Under the pieces are notes generated by a model that saw nothing but the letters and a program-made list of their open reading frames with translations, was not told the DNA's origin and ran no database searches. A stretch of 60,482 nucleotides of DNA, the filler included, from Hausera hauseri (lineage: Eukaryota), in NCBI GenBank assembly GCA_046269625.1. It is 12 parts of 12 records of this genome, joined end to end, with 100 filler letters (N's around TTAATTAATTAA, not from the genome) between each part and the next. Parts side by side here need not be neighbours in the genome. Positions count along the whole stretch, not along the records: positions 20,787 to 26,437 come from JBJURY010213411.1; positions 26,538 to 31,368 come from JBJURY010421586.1; positions 31,469 to 36,583 come from JBJURY010331160.1; 9 more parts are not named here. One strand, written 5' to 3'. Each line of letters starts with the position of its first letter. Position 1 is the stretch's first letter. A program made the position numbers and the translations under genes. Positions 24,156 to 36,519 of this stretch are shown here, in pieces.

Positions 24156-25580
24156 GCGATAAGAGATAAACGACGCGCTTCAGCAGATTTGTCACCAAGT
24201 CTGGATATTAACTGGTTCATTATGATGTCTATCATATTTTCTGCTTAAGGTTGTGCTAGACTTTCAACTGTAATTGTATAGACCGATCCATAAAATGCAG
24301 TAACAACAATTCGATGCTTCTTATAATGCTAATGAGCATACATACCCATGTGAGTAATAATATCGGGTATTTCGGAATTCGTATTCTGACAAAAGCTTCG
24401 TGAAAAAAGGAATGTAAAAGCCTGAAATTCTTCATTTTCCAGTTTCTCCCATCCATTTTGAACATTGATTTCCTCACTAAGTTCATGGGATATCGAACTA
24501 ATTATAAAGATTTTTAGGGTTCCCGAGGCAATTCTAACGGGTTTGAAATGAACAGCCAAATTTGCCTCAAGACCATTTTTCTTTACTTGTGACTTGTCAC
24601 TAAATGGTGTACAAATAACAGTTATACCAGAGGTCATTATAATAAGTCAAAATTTTACTATACATTTTCATCAGACGAGCTTCGCCACATTCAATACTTT
24701 CCGAGAACAAAATCTGTAAACAATTCAGCGTAGCCAACCAGGTAACAAGAAAATCTAAGAACTTTGTTCGGTTGACCTTTAGTTTTTCGCTGACTTGGAT
24801 CATCTCTTTCTTCAAACGGTATAGAACGATTAAGAAGTTCAATCAAATGAACTATACATTTGTCCAGTAGGTGGATTTAATTTGAAATATTGCATAATAT
24901 TTCTTTCCATATATCATCCAGTGGCAAATATTGTGTCATAACAAAATTTATAATTTCGACTGAATAATTAGGTGTAAATATATTTAGTGCACTAAGTACT
25001 CCTTTTCGTGGGTTATCAATTAGTGATGGAAGCACGTCATGAAGAGTTATTAAAATATTGATAATCTGTTCAGAAAGATCAGCATGCCGTAGTATAAAAA
25101 ACGTTTAGCATTACACATACTGCAGAGGCTCTATGCTTTTGTTTGTCATTTAATCCCGAGTAAAGACTTGCCATAAAGTCGTCAATTGATTGAACTTGAA
25201 GTTTTTACAAATAACTTTCAATACGTCATTTACGGCAGCAGACAAAATGTTGCTACCAAACCTTTCTAATCTTTCCTTTGCGGATATCAATGAACTCATC
25301 AAAGGATCGTTATTTCCATCTCGACCTAATAGGATTTTAAACTGAATCTTGAGCAATATCGAGACACCGTCAACAGTTAACTGACGGACACTAATATCAG
25401 GATCGGCAAGTCGAGGGATTAAATCGCCAAAAATTATTCCCCTACAATTAAATTGAGTTCCACTATTGTTTGTGTCCGATAATTCTTCGTAATACGGAAG
25501 CAAACATTGGTTGAAAATAGAAAGGGCCCGTTTTCGAATAAAATCACTTTCACATTTGATATATTGCGGAAAACATTGTA
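24155..25580 (-). pseudogene. MROH1: MROH1-like C-half fragment, intron-free and degenerate
   Basis: RKRAL..GDLIPRLADPDISVRQLTVDGVSILLKIQ..KVICK..LPLD..IPFEE..GWEKL..RIVVTAFY..LGDKSAEARRLSL versus MROH1 PRCAD..RQEAVDCVYSLLYLQ..GWELL..QRVTTTAF..DTCASVRRLVL. Confidence 0.8.
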
Positions 25581-26537
25581 CAATTGTACAATTGCTGCAA
25601 TGTTTGTTTCATTAAAATCGTTAGGCTTTAAGCATCTGGCAATTTCTGCAAATCAAGTGATTCTGTTGACTTCTGACACCATTGTAAAATTCGGTATTTC
25701 ATAATTCAAGGACTTAACCAAATGCTTCAACGTAATAAACATAGGGTATAAATATCCATAGCAATAACATTTTTAATTCCGTATCAAATTTTCAATCTTT
25801 ATTGAACAATTAATAACACATCAATCCTTTACACAATTGAAAATCCGCAATATCAAAATTAATAATGCATTTTGGTCACGAAATTGTCAATTTTGATTTG
25901 TTTGATAAAGGTTGTTTATGATTGTTTTTATTTTGAGTATCGTCTTTTGATGCTTCTTTAAATTTCGTGCCGTTATCCTATGTGAATTTCACTGGTGTTA
26001 AAAACCAATCAGCTATGTACAGTGTGCAGGCTCAACAATGCAATAACGAAATGAAAATGAAGTCATAAATACTGACACACATGCCTTCACAGAAACCTTT
26101 CTCTGCAAATCAATCAGGGCCACATCTACACCCACTGAAAACGTTCTATTAATTTGCTGAGCACAGTCGGCCATGCAAGGAAAGAAATATGTAAAATTGA
26201 GACAACGGTAAACAGCTATATTCTGGCACGATGAGATAAAAACAAAAGAAGTGCACGGAATCTTCGGCAATTACAAAATAAATAACAACGAAAGAGAAAA
26301 ACAATAACAGTATATTTGCAGGTTAATAAAATGGGTCCAAAGAGCACGACCTTGTTGGGCACAACAAGTACCATTTATGGAAACATCACAAATCAATCGC
26401 GATTACTCAAAGTATTTTTCTGCATTTGTACATAAGANNNNNNNNNNNNNNNNNNNNNNNNNNNNNNNNNNNNNNNNNNNNTTAATTAATTAANNNNNNN
26501 NNNNNNNNNNNNNNNNNNNNNNNNNNNNNNNNNNNNN

Positions 26538-27500
26538 TTTTGAGGAAATCAGATTCCTGGGATTTGAAGCATCCCATCGAGAAGTTGAACCAGACGATTC
26601 CCTGGTATCCAACGTCACAGATATTAAAGAACCAGCCAATAGAAAGGCAGTGGAAAGTTTCTTGGGAATGGCCAACTATTTTGGAACGACAATCCCAAAA
26701 TTCTCGCACAAAACGCTATATCTCAATAAACTAAGAAATTGCAAGGAAGTTTTTAAATGGACCAAAGATTATGATGGGGAATTTATCAATCTAAAGAAGA
26801 TAATATCAAAGAAACCGTCAGTAAAACAAATTGATTCTCGTAAGATGATTATAGTCACAAATTGATGCATCCGCGGACTGTATTGCGGCAGTAATGTCAC
26901 AAGACAACCATCCAGTTATAATAGTATCGAAAGTATTATCAAAAGCCAAAAGGAACTTTTCAAATATAGAACGCGAGGCATTAGCCGTTACCTGGTCAAT
27001 TTTGCGCCTAAAACAATTCTTACTGGCCAAAAAATTCATAGTCCTAACTGATCACAAATCACTACAATATTTACTTCCAAGGATATCAGAAACTACCACA
27101 GACAAATCACAAAGACTAAGTAAATGGCGTCTTAAATTGATGGCATATGACTTTGATATTCGTTACGTACCAGGAAAATCTATACTTAATGCGGATGCAC
27201 TGTCTCAATTAAAATATTGAAACAAAGAAAAGCAGGACTCGGAAGATGAGAGAACAGAGACTTTGTTTTACGCGGATCCGGTCCGCTTTGAACGTTTCTT
27301 CTTAGATGCGAAGGAATTGCAGAGATAAAATGCTAAAGAACATAATCAACCCCACTCGTAATGGAAAATGGGATAAGTGCTCGCATGGGGAATTGTCCTA
27401 CAAGAGGGTTGCGGGAAAGTTAACCATCGAAAATCACTTGTTGTACAATGTACCAAGTTAGCGATACCGGCTAGACTGAGGAATAAGTTATTTGATCTGA
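26538..27500 (+). mobile_element. pol: Gypsy pol fragment (RT end, RNase H, start of integrase)
   Basis: ESFLGMANYF, DAS, FSNIEREALAV, TDHKSL, WRLKLMAYDFDIRYVPGK..ADALS. Confidence 0.92.
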
Positions 27501-28600
27501 TTTGTTAGTTTCATTGAACACGTAATTACATCGTCATTGTTTACGTCAACGGCTGAAATCCGTTCGAAATTTGGTGTTGAATCTTGAAACGTACAAAAAT
27601 CTGCAAATTCATCAAAATCCTTATCGTTCTCTTTGTTAGTTTCGTATAAATTAGTTTCGATCTCATTTCGGGATAATTAAGCACGAGTAGAACTTTCTCC
27701 GATAGGGGTTGGGTGGTCTTGATCGATAGATTGTTCTTTTCTTAATGAAAGGTCACGTGATTCGTTGACATTGACAGATTTATTGACAAATGACGCAGAA
27801 GAAAGATTCGCAAGGCTGTTTATGTTAGATACATTATCATTGGACAAAATTGCTGACGATCCGTCTGGAACATCGTTAGAAAAATAACTGAAATCAGCAA
27901 AACCCCCAGTGACATCAGTTTGTTCAACGGATATGTTATCTTCATGCTCTATCACATCATCGTTGTGAAAGTTTAAGGCAAAGGGGTAACCGTACAGATT
28001 AGTGACACCATGTGATGGAATACTGTGAATAAAATTTCCGTAATCTAGTCGACCGCTGTAAAAATTATTGATATAATTATCGAAATGTCTTTCTTCAGAC
28101 AACTCCGATACTTCATCATCATCACGGATAACATTGGAACCGACGCAATCCAGATTTAACCCGTTTTGTTCCATAAATCGATCGACATGCTCTGTTAACT
28201 CAACAAAACTTCTTGCTTCTAGCGGTTCAATATTATTATGAAACAAATCTTTTCTGTGACTTGGTGCAATATTACCAGTTAGAATATTACGCTTAGATAT
28301 ATTACTGGTAGAGGGTTCAGAGAAACTTGATAATTCTTGTTCAGGACTTGAATTTTCTTGTTGGCCGTTATTTTCATGTTCGTTGCAAAGTATAAAAGAA
28401 TTTTTGATATATAAGGAAAGGTCATTATTTTTGACTGGAAAATCTACACTTAAAGTGTGAGGAAAACTTGTAAATTTTAAATCTTTATCATTGAAATCAT
28501 TTTCAGTATGCTATATTACTTTGTCAGAACTATAATGTGGAATAGGAGAAGGCTCAGTAGCAATATATGGAATCATATCATTCATAATAAATCGCAAAAT
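27501..28600 (-). pseudogene. Acidic low-complexity host gene fragment inserted in gypsy pol; aftiphilin/synergin-like motifs
   Basis: Long, mostly open minus frame from MNDMIPYI (~28585) with GGFADF and DFDEFADF (AP-1 gamma-ear-binding type motifs). A TTTTCAG acceptor lies near 28613-28619. Confidence 0.4.
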
Positions 28601-28862
28601 AGAGCTCTAAAATCTGAAAAACGAAAAATTATAAATGGTAACGTTCAGACGATTGTTAATTTGTATTGATAGAAACATATAGTCAGAATATATCAAAAAA
28701 TTCAAAGAATGTCAATTTTTACTTATCAAAAAAGTAATTTTTTTGTGCAACAACAAGAAAAATATTGTTAATTTTTTCTTGGCCAATGTGAACACCACAT
28801 GATTCATAAAGATAACCATTCAGGAATACAGTCAACATTACAGAGATTGTTAATGACGGCTT

Positions 28863-29230
28863 TGTGGTGCCCACTGTGCATTATGACTCCTTAGACCATT
28901 GTTGCCGGGCAAAGCCGGGTATTACGGTTTTGTCCCGGCGGCATCGTTGGCCCAGGCCCGATTTTCCTCCTTGGAGAATCTTGCCGTTGTGTGGCATTAG
29001 CTTAGTCGTTCCTGTTTCATAACTGCAGGCTACAAACAGTAAAACCAATCGCTACCAATTCTCGGACCAAAAGGCTTTTACAGCGGAACATTTACCGATT
29101 TCGTTTCAAATTCGGAAAACATTATTTTAGTCGCAAAGAAAAACTAAACCAAAGATGTTATGGCCTTTATCGTTACAATGAATGCAGTATTAAGTCTGTA
29201 CAAAAATATTGTGCCAATCCCACTTCTGTC
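28863..29230 (+). mobile_element. Putative LTR remnant
   Basis: Starts TGTGGTGCCCAC, identical to the post-PPT LTR start at 54078(-). GC-rich island; right boundary uncertain. Confidence 0.4.
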
Positions 29231-29235
29231 ACGAA

Positions 29236-29399
29236 TGTAATTTAGGTCATTACAATCAAAATCTTTAACGAAATCAACGAAAGAAATTTGACATTTTGGA
29301 TGCAGCAATTTTGGTTATGTAGGAGTAAATTACAGCACCCCAAAACGTCCGTAGTTTTGGTCAAATTTCTTTCATTGATTTCGTTGACCTAAAATTACA
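29236..29399. repeat. Imperfect ~165-bp palindrome (MITE-like)
   Basis: Left arm TGTAATTTAGGTCA..ACGAAATCAACGAAAGAAATTTGAC; right arm GTCAAATTTCTTTCATTGATTTCGTTGACCTAAAATTACA. Inner arms are also complementary. Confidence 0.8.
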
Positions 29400-30200
29400 G
29401 ACATGGCGGCCAAAAATGACGAAGTTTGTATACAGCCAAATAAAAAATTGCAGAGTGCAAAAAAGCAGACCTCAGTGTGATAAAGATGCGGACACCTGCC
29501 GAAAGCAGCTCCGTTTGAAAGAATTCATATGGACATGGCTGCATATAACAGACACAGATAATTTGCTAATCATCATGGATGCAGGATCTGGTTGGATCGA
29601 AGCATTTCGCTGCAATGAGTACTCTACAGACACGGTTATAAAATGTATACGAACAATTTTTACAAGATTTGGAGTTCTCTATTAATGGTCCCTAATTTGT
29701 GAGTTAAAGTCTAAACGCATGGTTACAAAACTAAGCAGCATCAAAGATGGAAACCCCGCCATATAACCCAGATTTAATGGATGAGTTGAAAGGGCTGTCC
29801 AAACAGTAAAAGAAGCAACAAAGGCATGGAAATTTAATACAATGACAATCAGTTTTGATGATTTTCTAAAAAATTTTGTTTCATCACAGAATATACACGA
29901 GGACTAGGGGTCTTCTCCCGCAGAGATGATATTCGGTAGAGCGATAGGACCACCAGTTGTTTCAAAATTCTCACAAGGTAAAACGGTTCTGTACTACCCG
30001 TCAGAGGACTAATAAGTCAGTGAGGCGACATTTATATTGCCAGAGGGAAGGAACACATCCTGAGTTATGGACAATAACAACAAACAATTTCCAACAACGC
30101 TAGCTAGCAATAATCAGTTAATTCAGTCAGAAGAAGCCGGCAAAGAGGATAACGCCGTACGGAAAACTTCGCGAACACAAAGACCACCAAATACCGAGTC
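29400..30200 (+). mobile_element. Continuation of the gypsy integrase
   Basis: WRPKM..KNC, IIMDAGSGWIEA, IFTRFG, NG*VERAVQTVK, SPAEMIFGR. Confidence 0.88.
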
Positions 30201-30362
30201 GTCCAAAAAATGTCCTTTTTTGCATATCTATTTTATTTTTAGTGATATTTATACATTAGAATTTCTGTTAGATGTGTTTAACATTTTAAATTTATATTTG
30301 AATTAGAATAGCGGGAATTCAATACGTTAACTTAACTGCCTGTTTTATTTATTTTACATGAA

Positions 30363-31368
30363 ATGGAACCAAAAGGTGAAAATGTAAACTTTTTCATCAT
30401 GATTATGGTAAGGAATAAGAAGAAATCTTCAGAAATACATCATCTTCTTTCAAATGCTTGGGGAGAAAATAATGTTATTACTGTTTGTCAGATCCAGAGG
30501 TTAACAAAGGAAATGCGTGAAGGTGATGGACAGAACGTTATAAGGAAACCAGGTTCTGGAAGAAGAAGAACATCTCTGACAGCTGAGAACATTCAAGTTG
30601 TACGTAAATGATCGAAAACGATCCTGATGTATCACGATGTGCTTTGAGTCGTTTGACTGACATTCCGAAAACACCTATATAACGTATTCTTGTGAGGGAA
30701 CTACATAAGCACAGTGTTTGTGCTCGCTGGATTCAGCATATATTGACGGACGAGATGAAACTAATGAGAATAAATGTTGTAAATGTTATTCTGCAAGAAA
30801 TTAATGGAAATGTCATGGTCATAGATGAAAAGTGGATGTATAAAGAACTAATACCTCTTCATGAGAATTTCAGATGTCGGACTGATGTCGGAGGAGACTG
30901 TCCAGAAGTGTCTCGACGAATCATCTCTGATAAAAAGTACGACATTATTGTTGCCATCAATTTTCGGGGAGATTACTATCACGAGGTACTTCCAAGAGGC
31001 GCGTCTATTACTTAAGTAAAGTGCATTCAGTTTCTGACATCTTTGCTGCAGCATCGTCGACAAGGAGACCTTGTTATAATGCACGATAATGCTCGCTTAT
31101 TAAGTCTCGAATGACAGAAGAATTCCCTCATGAACATGGTATTCTTAGGGTTCCCCAAGCGCCATATTCACCTGATACGAATCTTCTGGAATTCATTTTT
31201 CGTAACATGGAAGTGAAAAGAAAAGAGACAGTTTTTAATACTATTGATGATATCAGATTGTTCGTTAATAACTTTTTCTTTCATGTAAACAGGCGGTTAC
31301 TATTCAGAGAGCTGGACAATCTTAGAAATGATTTACAGTGGATTATAGATCATGATGTACAATATGTA
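30363..31368 (+). mobile_element. Mariner-type transposase, degenerate
   Basis: HTH with GSGR; WIQHIL (WVPHEL motif); VIDEKW; MHDNAR; APYSPD. Confidence 0.9.
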
Positions 31369-31656
31369 NNNNNNNNNNNNNNNNNNNNNNNNNNNNNNNN
31401 NNNNNNNNNNNNTTAATTAATTAANNNNNNNNNNNNNNNNNNNNNNNNNNNNNNNNNNNNNNNNNNNNCATTTGCCACATCAGAGCTAACATCATACGTT
31501 TTGAAAAACCGTTCACATATTTAAAACATTTACAGTTGATGCACATGATATAGGTGAATTCAAACTCCAGGAAATTATTCACGATGTAGTATAGAAACAT
31601 CCATTGCATGTCTTTTTTGCTTAAACCAACTAGTATTTACAAAATATAATAAGACA

Positions 31657-31965
31657 ATGAGGAGTGTTAGAGGAAAACGGAAAGTTAGTCTCAAGAGGAA
31701 ATTCAATCAATTGTACATTTATTCAAGCATCGTTGAACCAATTTATGTCGGACATACAAAGGTTCCTCTACTGCAACCAGTCTGGTTAAATAGCAGCTAT
31801 AAATCAGGGAATTTAGTAAATATTGAACTCGATCATACATTATACCTACCGGTGGCAACATGATCTTTTAATCAATTGGAAATAAACATTCGAAATGATG
31901 GTGGAAATGTAATTGATATTTCACTTAGATAGAAAACCAATTTAAGACTTCATTTTTGTCGTAAT
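31657..31965 (+). pseudogene. Polinton minor capsid (penton) 1, C-terminal part
   Basis: LYIYSSIVEPIYVG..VPLL..YLPV..FNQLEINIRNDGG..LHF. Confidence 0.85.
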
Positions 31966-32960
31966 GTCGCCTAGTGAGTTTGTACCTTGTTTTGAAAAGC
32001 AAATTTCCGAATAGTACACCAACTCAGTTTAATGCCGATTACGAAAATGCAACCAATATAAATGATAGTTGTTGCAAGGTTGGTGTGAGAGTCTGCATTT
32101 ACAAATAACCCCTAACTATTCGAAAAGGAGCGGAAATTCAGTATGTCACAACAAGTAAAACAAAATTAATGGTGTATAGTTTGGAATTGCTCGAGGAAGT
32201 TAATAAGCCGGATTTCAAATTGGCCCGAGATTATTCCAACCTATCTCATGAATTTATTTCATTCGGGGCGTCATCGTGTTTTAAAAATTGGTTCTACTGC
32301 CCCATTTGAGATTATTTTTACTTTGAAAGATGAAAATGCATTTGGATTCAGATCCATATTTAATACATTACAGAAATACTTATGAGCAAAATGAACGCCT
32401 TAGGACGTTTACATGTGTTAATTGGTAATTATCTAATACATGTATTTCGAACACCGACAGTTAAATTACCCATACCTGTATTTATTAGAAAGAATCAAAA
32501 AAGTCTATTTTATTTAACACGAGTGATATTTACAACTGCTCAAGAACTCTGCACATACATGCCAAGTAATTGTGGAGCTGTACTTGAAAAAAATAAATAT
32601 TGACAGTTTTGATAGTCGGCTTTTCCCTAAAGGAGAATATTACAAGTGTAACCTTTGACGATTGTTTGGCTTAAATGTTGGATTTAGATCGTCTTGAATT
32701 CAAACGTGAAGATGGATTAATTAGAGCAAAACGTAAGGTAAATCTCCATGTCACTTTGAATCAGGTATACATTTATTCGAAAAATGTTGACGCAATTTAT
32801 GTTGGAGGTAGCAGAAAACCTTTACTGAGAAAATTGCGCATAAAAAGCTCAAATAAACCCGGTGAATTGGTACAGAAATACAGCCGAAATACCTGTTACC
32901 GGTTTCAATGTAAACATTAAACTAACAAGAAATATTTGTGCAATAGTCTACAAGTACAAT
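31964..32960 (+). pseudogene. Polinton minor capsid (penton) 2
   Basis: N-terminus MSPSEF..FPNST..F..KVGVR; C-terminus VYIYSKNVDAIYVG..KPLLR..PGE. Confidence 0.8.
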
Positions 32961-32989
32961 AAAGAAACACATACAACAGACTTGAATCC

Positions 32990-33599
32990 CCAAACATTTT
33001 TAGAGGCTAAATTGCATGTGCGACATGTACATGTTAACTAACCGGTAATTATTTGCCATCATCAGAATGCAATATATCCGTTCCAAAAGACAAAAGTGGT
33101 AACATTTACATTACCACAAGCCTCCCATGGTGAATACAAGGACAATTTGGTTTACGATGAGCGACTGCCAAAATTGGTGTTGATTGCATTTCAATTGTCA
33201 AAGCAATTAAGTGGCGATTATGATTCATTTTGCCATACCTTTCAACACAATTATGTAGAGTCAATTACTCTGACGAGAAATGTTGACTATCATGAAATGT
33301 GCCAAACCGACTTCACTGAAGGTACATATTGGCTACACCGAAGCCTATGTCCAATACATTATTTGTAATATGGACTTACTAAACCATGGCCTAAAAATGG
33401 AATTACAATGGCTAATTTCAAAGAAACATGCTGCTATTTCACATTTGTCCTCGCACCGAACTTTCATATAGACCAGACGCAATTTCCGAAAACAGGAAAT
33501 ATGAAATTGGTTGTGCGATTTAAAAAAGCTTTTCCGGAATCAGTGACAATGAATGCATATGGACTCTACATTACAAAAGACGGGGTTGTCATAATATGA
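32990..33599 (+). pseudogene. Polinton major capsid protein (hexon/PY), C-terminal part
   Basis: AIYP..KVVTFTLP..DNL..LPKLVLIAF..GDY..FQH..GNMKLVVRFKKAFPESVT. Confidence 0.85.
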
Positions 33600-33659
33600 A
33601 CAAGGGGTAATATGAGCGAAATCTGTCATACGAAGCAGTTTATTATTTATATTTGTTTT

Positions 33660-33960
33660 TTACCAATTAATGTAGTACATTTCAGATTGATTCGGCTTTG
33701 AAATGTCGTCTTGGTGATCAATTTAAAGGTGTTTATCCACTGGGACGCCTTCTGGATTACATATATGACGGTGCTTACATCATCAATTCACACAGCAGAA
33801 ATCTACCGGGCAAGCACAGATTGCTGTGTCCGAGCGCACGTAATTCGTGTCTTCGACACGATCGGTACATTCTATCCCCGAGACGTGACAACGGTTGAAC
33901 GAACGCCGCAACCATTAACTACTTTATGTGAAAACTTGCTTAGCTTGGCTTATTGAACAA
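33660..33960 (+). pseudogene. Adenain-like cysteine protease (Polinton PRO)
   Basis: FKGVYP..AYIINSH..PGKH..VFDTIG. Confidence 0.8.
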
Positions 33961-34118
33961 TGTAATTAGTACATAAACGTCGCGCATTTCAATAAATTTT
34001 TGTTTTTGAACATGTCTGTGTTTTTCACTGAAATCGAATGTTTTCAAAATGATAATAATTGCGTTATTAATAAATTATGTATAATGGATAACTGTGACAG
34101 TCTTCAGCCGTTGCACTA

Positions 34119-35913
34119 TAGTGCGTTTCATATCAATGAAAAGGCACCCTTAAATTTTACCCTACCTTGAGTTATATGTCGGCCAGAGTCCTAATCTTTT
34201 TTATATTTTAAAGAGCATAAAAAATAACAGGGCTAATGTGTTTTAAGAGGAAAACTCTTACCGACTTTTTCTGGAAGTCATGAAAGTATGAAAAGTGACC
34301 GTTTCACGTCAATAAAACACTTTCAGGTTGGAAGATTTTTATTGAATTTAACCATCGAAAAACATCATAGCTACTTTAAACACTTTGAACAAAACTAATA
34401 GAAGTTTTAAGAACGATACAATTTGAAAAAAATTTTGTAAAATAATCTTTAGTAGTCGGTGACTCGTCCTGATCGATTTATCACTTGAAAAATTCTATTT
34501 TTCATGCTGTAAACAAGATTTTTAATGACATTTGCATCCAAATTGTTCCAGGCAACTAAGATCTCTTTTAGCTCAGGAACTGTCGAGAATTGTTTGCAAT
34601 TTTTGTAAACCTCTCTTACCATGAGATCCCAAAGATTTTCAATGGAGTTAAGATCGGGTGAGCGACTGTGCCAATCCATTACATTCACCCAATTTTCGGC
34701 CATCCATTGCTTTGTATAGTTACTTACCAGCATTGTCTTGCTGGTATTCGTAAGCCAACTGTGGAAAGAGGGCCAGAAAAGAGAACAAACTTTTATCCAA
34801 AACATCAACGTAATCTTGACTTTTCATTCGACTTGAAATGAAGCGGATGTCGACTAATCCATCAGCAAAAAAACGCCCAACACATTACAATACCACCATC
34901 GAAATTCCTTGTACCAAAATAAATTGGTTTCTTACGTAAGTCACGCTAATAATGTGTATAACCTTCGGGACCGTCGAGGTTCCGTTTTTTTTTTCGTCCT
35001 TGAAAATGACTTTCGTCCAATCCTTTGTCATATTATTCCGTACAAAATCCAAACGAGCATCTTTATGTTCTCGTTCAAGAGTTAGCTGTTTTAACAGCGT
35101 TTCCCGTTTGATTTGAGGAGTTGTCTTTAATGCTCATCAAACAGTCGATTTTGACACTTCAAACTTGAATCCTTCCCTGACCTGATTCATTGAGCTTCCA
35201 TGAATATTATTGGCAATTTGTCTAAAATCTCGAGCTAAAAGATTATTTTTGTCATTTGTGCGCTTTCTTTTCCATATGTAGACGTGCCCTTCAAATAATT
35301 ATTAATTAGAGTAGGCGATCTCTTAGGCGAATAGCAATTTGTCGGTTTGATGTTTTCAGAGCATGTAGAAGATCTATTTGATCCTCCTCATAGTCGGAAA
35401 GAATTGCGCAAAGTGGTATTTGACTAAAAAATCAAAAATTTTGATTTTGTGTAAAAACAAAAGAAAAAAGCCGTGTTAGTTGCCTGGAATAATTCGGATG
35501 CAAATGTTATTAAAAATCTTGTTTACAGCATGAAAAATACAGTTTTTCAAGTGATAAATAGATCAGGACGAGTAACCGACTATTAAAGATTATTTTACAA
35601 TTTTTTTTCAAATTGTATCGTTCTTAAAACTTCTATTAGTTTTGTTCAAATGTTTTCAAAGTAGCTATGGTGTTTTTCAATGGTTAAATTCAATAAAAAT
35701 CTTCCAACCTGAAAATGTCTTTATTGATGAGAAACGGTCACTTCATACTTTCATGATTTCCAAAAAAATTCGGTAAGAGTTTTCCTCTTAAAACACATTA
35801 GCCATGTTATATTTTATGCTTTTTAAAATATAAAAAAAATTAGGACTCTAGAATACATATAATTCAAGATAAGGCAAAATTTAGGGGTGCCTTTATTGAT
35901 GTAAAACGCACTA
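34119..35913 (-). mobile_element. Complete Tc3-like (Tc1/mariner) transposon with ~440-bp TIRs and TA TSD; transposase (35418-34449) degenerate
   Basis: TIRs at 34119-34559 and 35476-35913 (TAGTGCGTT...AACGCACTA), flanked by TA. Motifs DEKK.NLDGPEG..RDLRK..RNFDGG and SPDLNSIENLW. Confidence 0.93.
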
Positions 35914-36237
35914 TATACCGTTGTAACCATGCGCAAAACTTTTGTTTTGTTTAGTCATAAGTTTTTGTGCGTGTATCATTTTTATATTGTATATCATGAC
36001 ATTTGAATGAGAATTACACAATTGAAAAAAGCAAAATAACTTAACAAGCAAAATATTTAGAAAAATCAATTGTAAATTATTTAAATGTTCAAATTGTAAT
36101 TTTCATTCATAGAAAAAATTAAAAACCAATATTTTGTTGCATTTGTGTAATAGTGTGATTATATAATACCAATAACAACAATAATAATAATAAACGTTGG
36201 TGGGAAAACAATGAGTTTTAAGACACTTATTAATCAG

Positions 36238-36519
36238 TTACTTAATTAAAATGACAAGTTTAAAATAATAGTAACCTGAATGGAATGTGCAAGTCGGCAA
36301 CCTTTGAGTTGAAACTTTCGACTTTTCAAATCTACAGCCTACATATCGGGTATTAAGAAAGCAATTTCTTTTTACGCTTACTTTGTCTTTATGTTTCTGC
36401 GATAAATGAGACAGAAGTTGACTTCTTAAGCGGAATATAGAATTACAGTGCCGACAATTAAAAAGCTTCGATCGTCTTATTATTTCAACCAAGTGTTTTT
36501 CTTTCATATGACTAAACAA
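36238..36519 (-). CDS. C2H2 zinc-finger exon (FNCRHCNSIFRLRSQLLSHLSQKH)
   Basis: Canonical C-x2-C-x12-H-x4-H. The AT-rich upstream region ends TTTAG (probable acceptor). Boundaries uncertain. Confidence 0.6.
   Translation of the reverse strand: MFSHMKEKHLVEIIRRSKLFNCRHCNSIFRLRSQLLSHLSQKHKDKVSVKRNCFLNTRYVGCRFEKSKVSTQRLPTCTFHSGYYYFKLVILIK

Noticed and set aside
25990-26540. Continuity of a possible gag/protease remnant with the next contig's RT
   Set aside because: They are separated by an artificial spacer and the motifs are too degraded to support.
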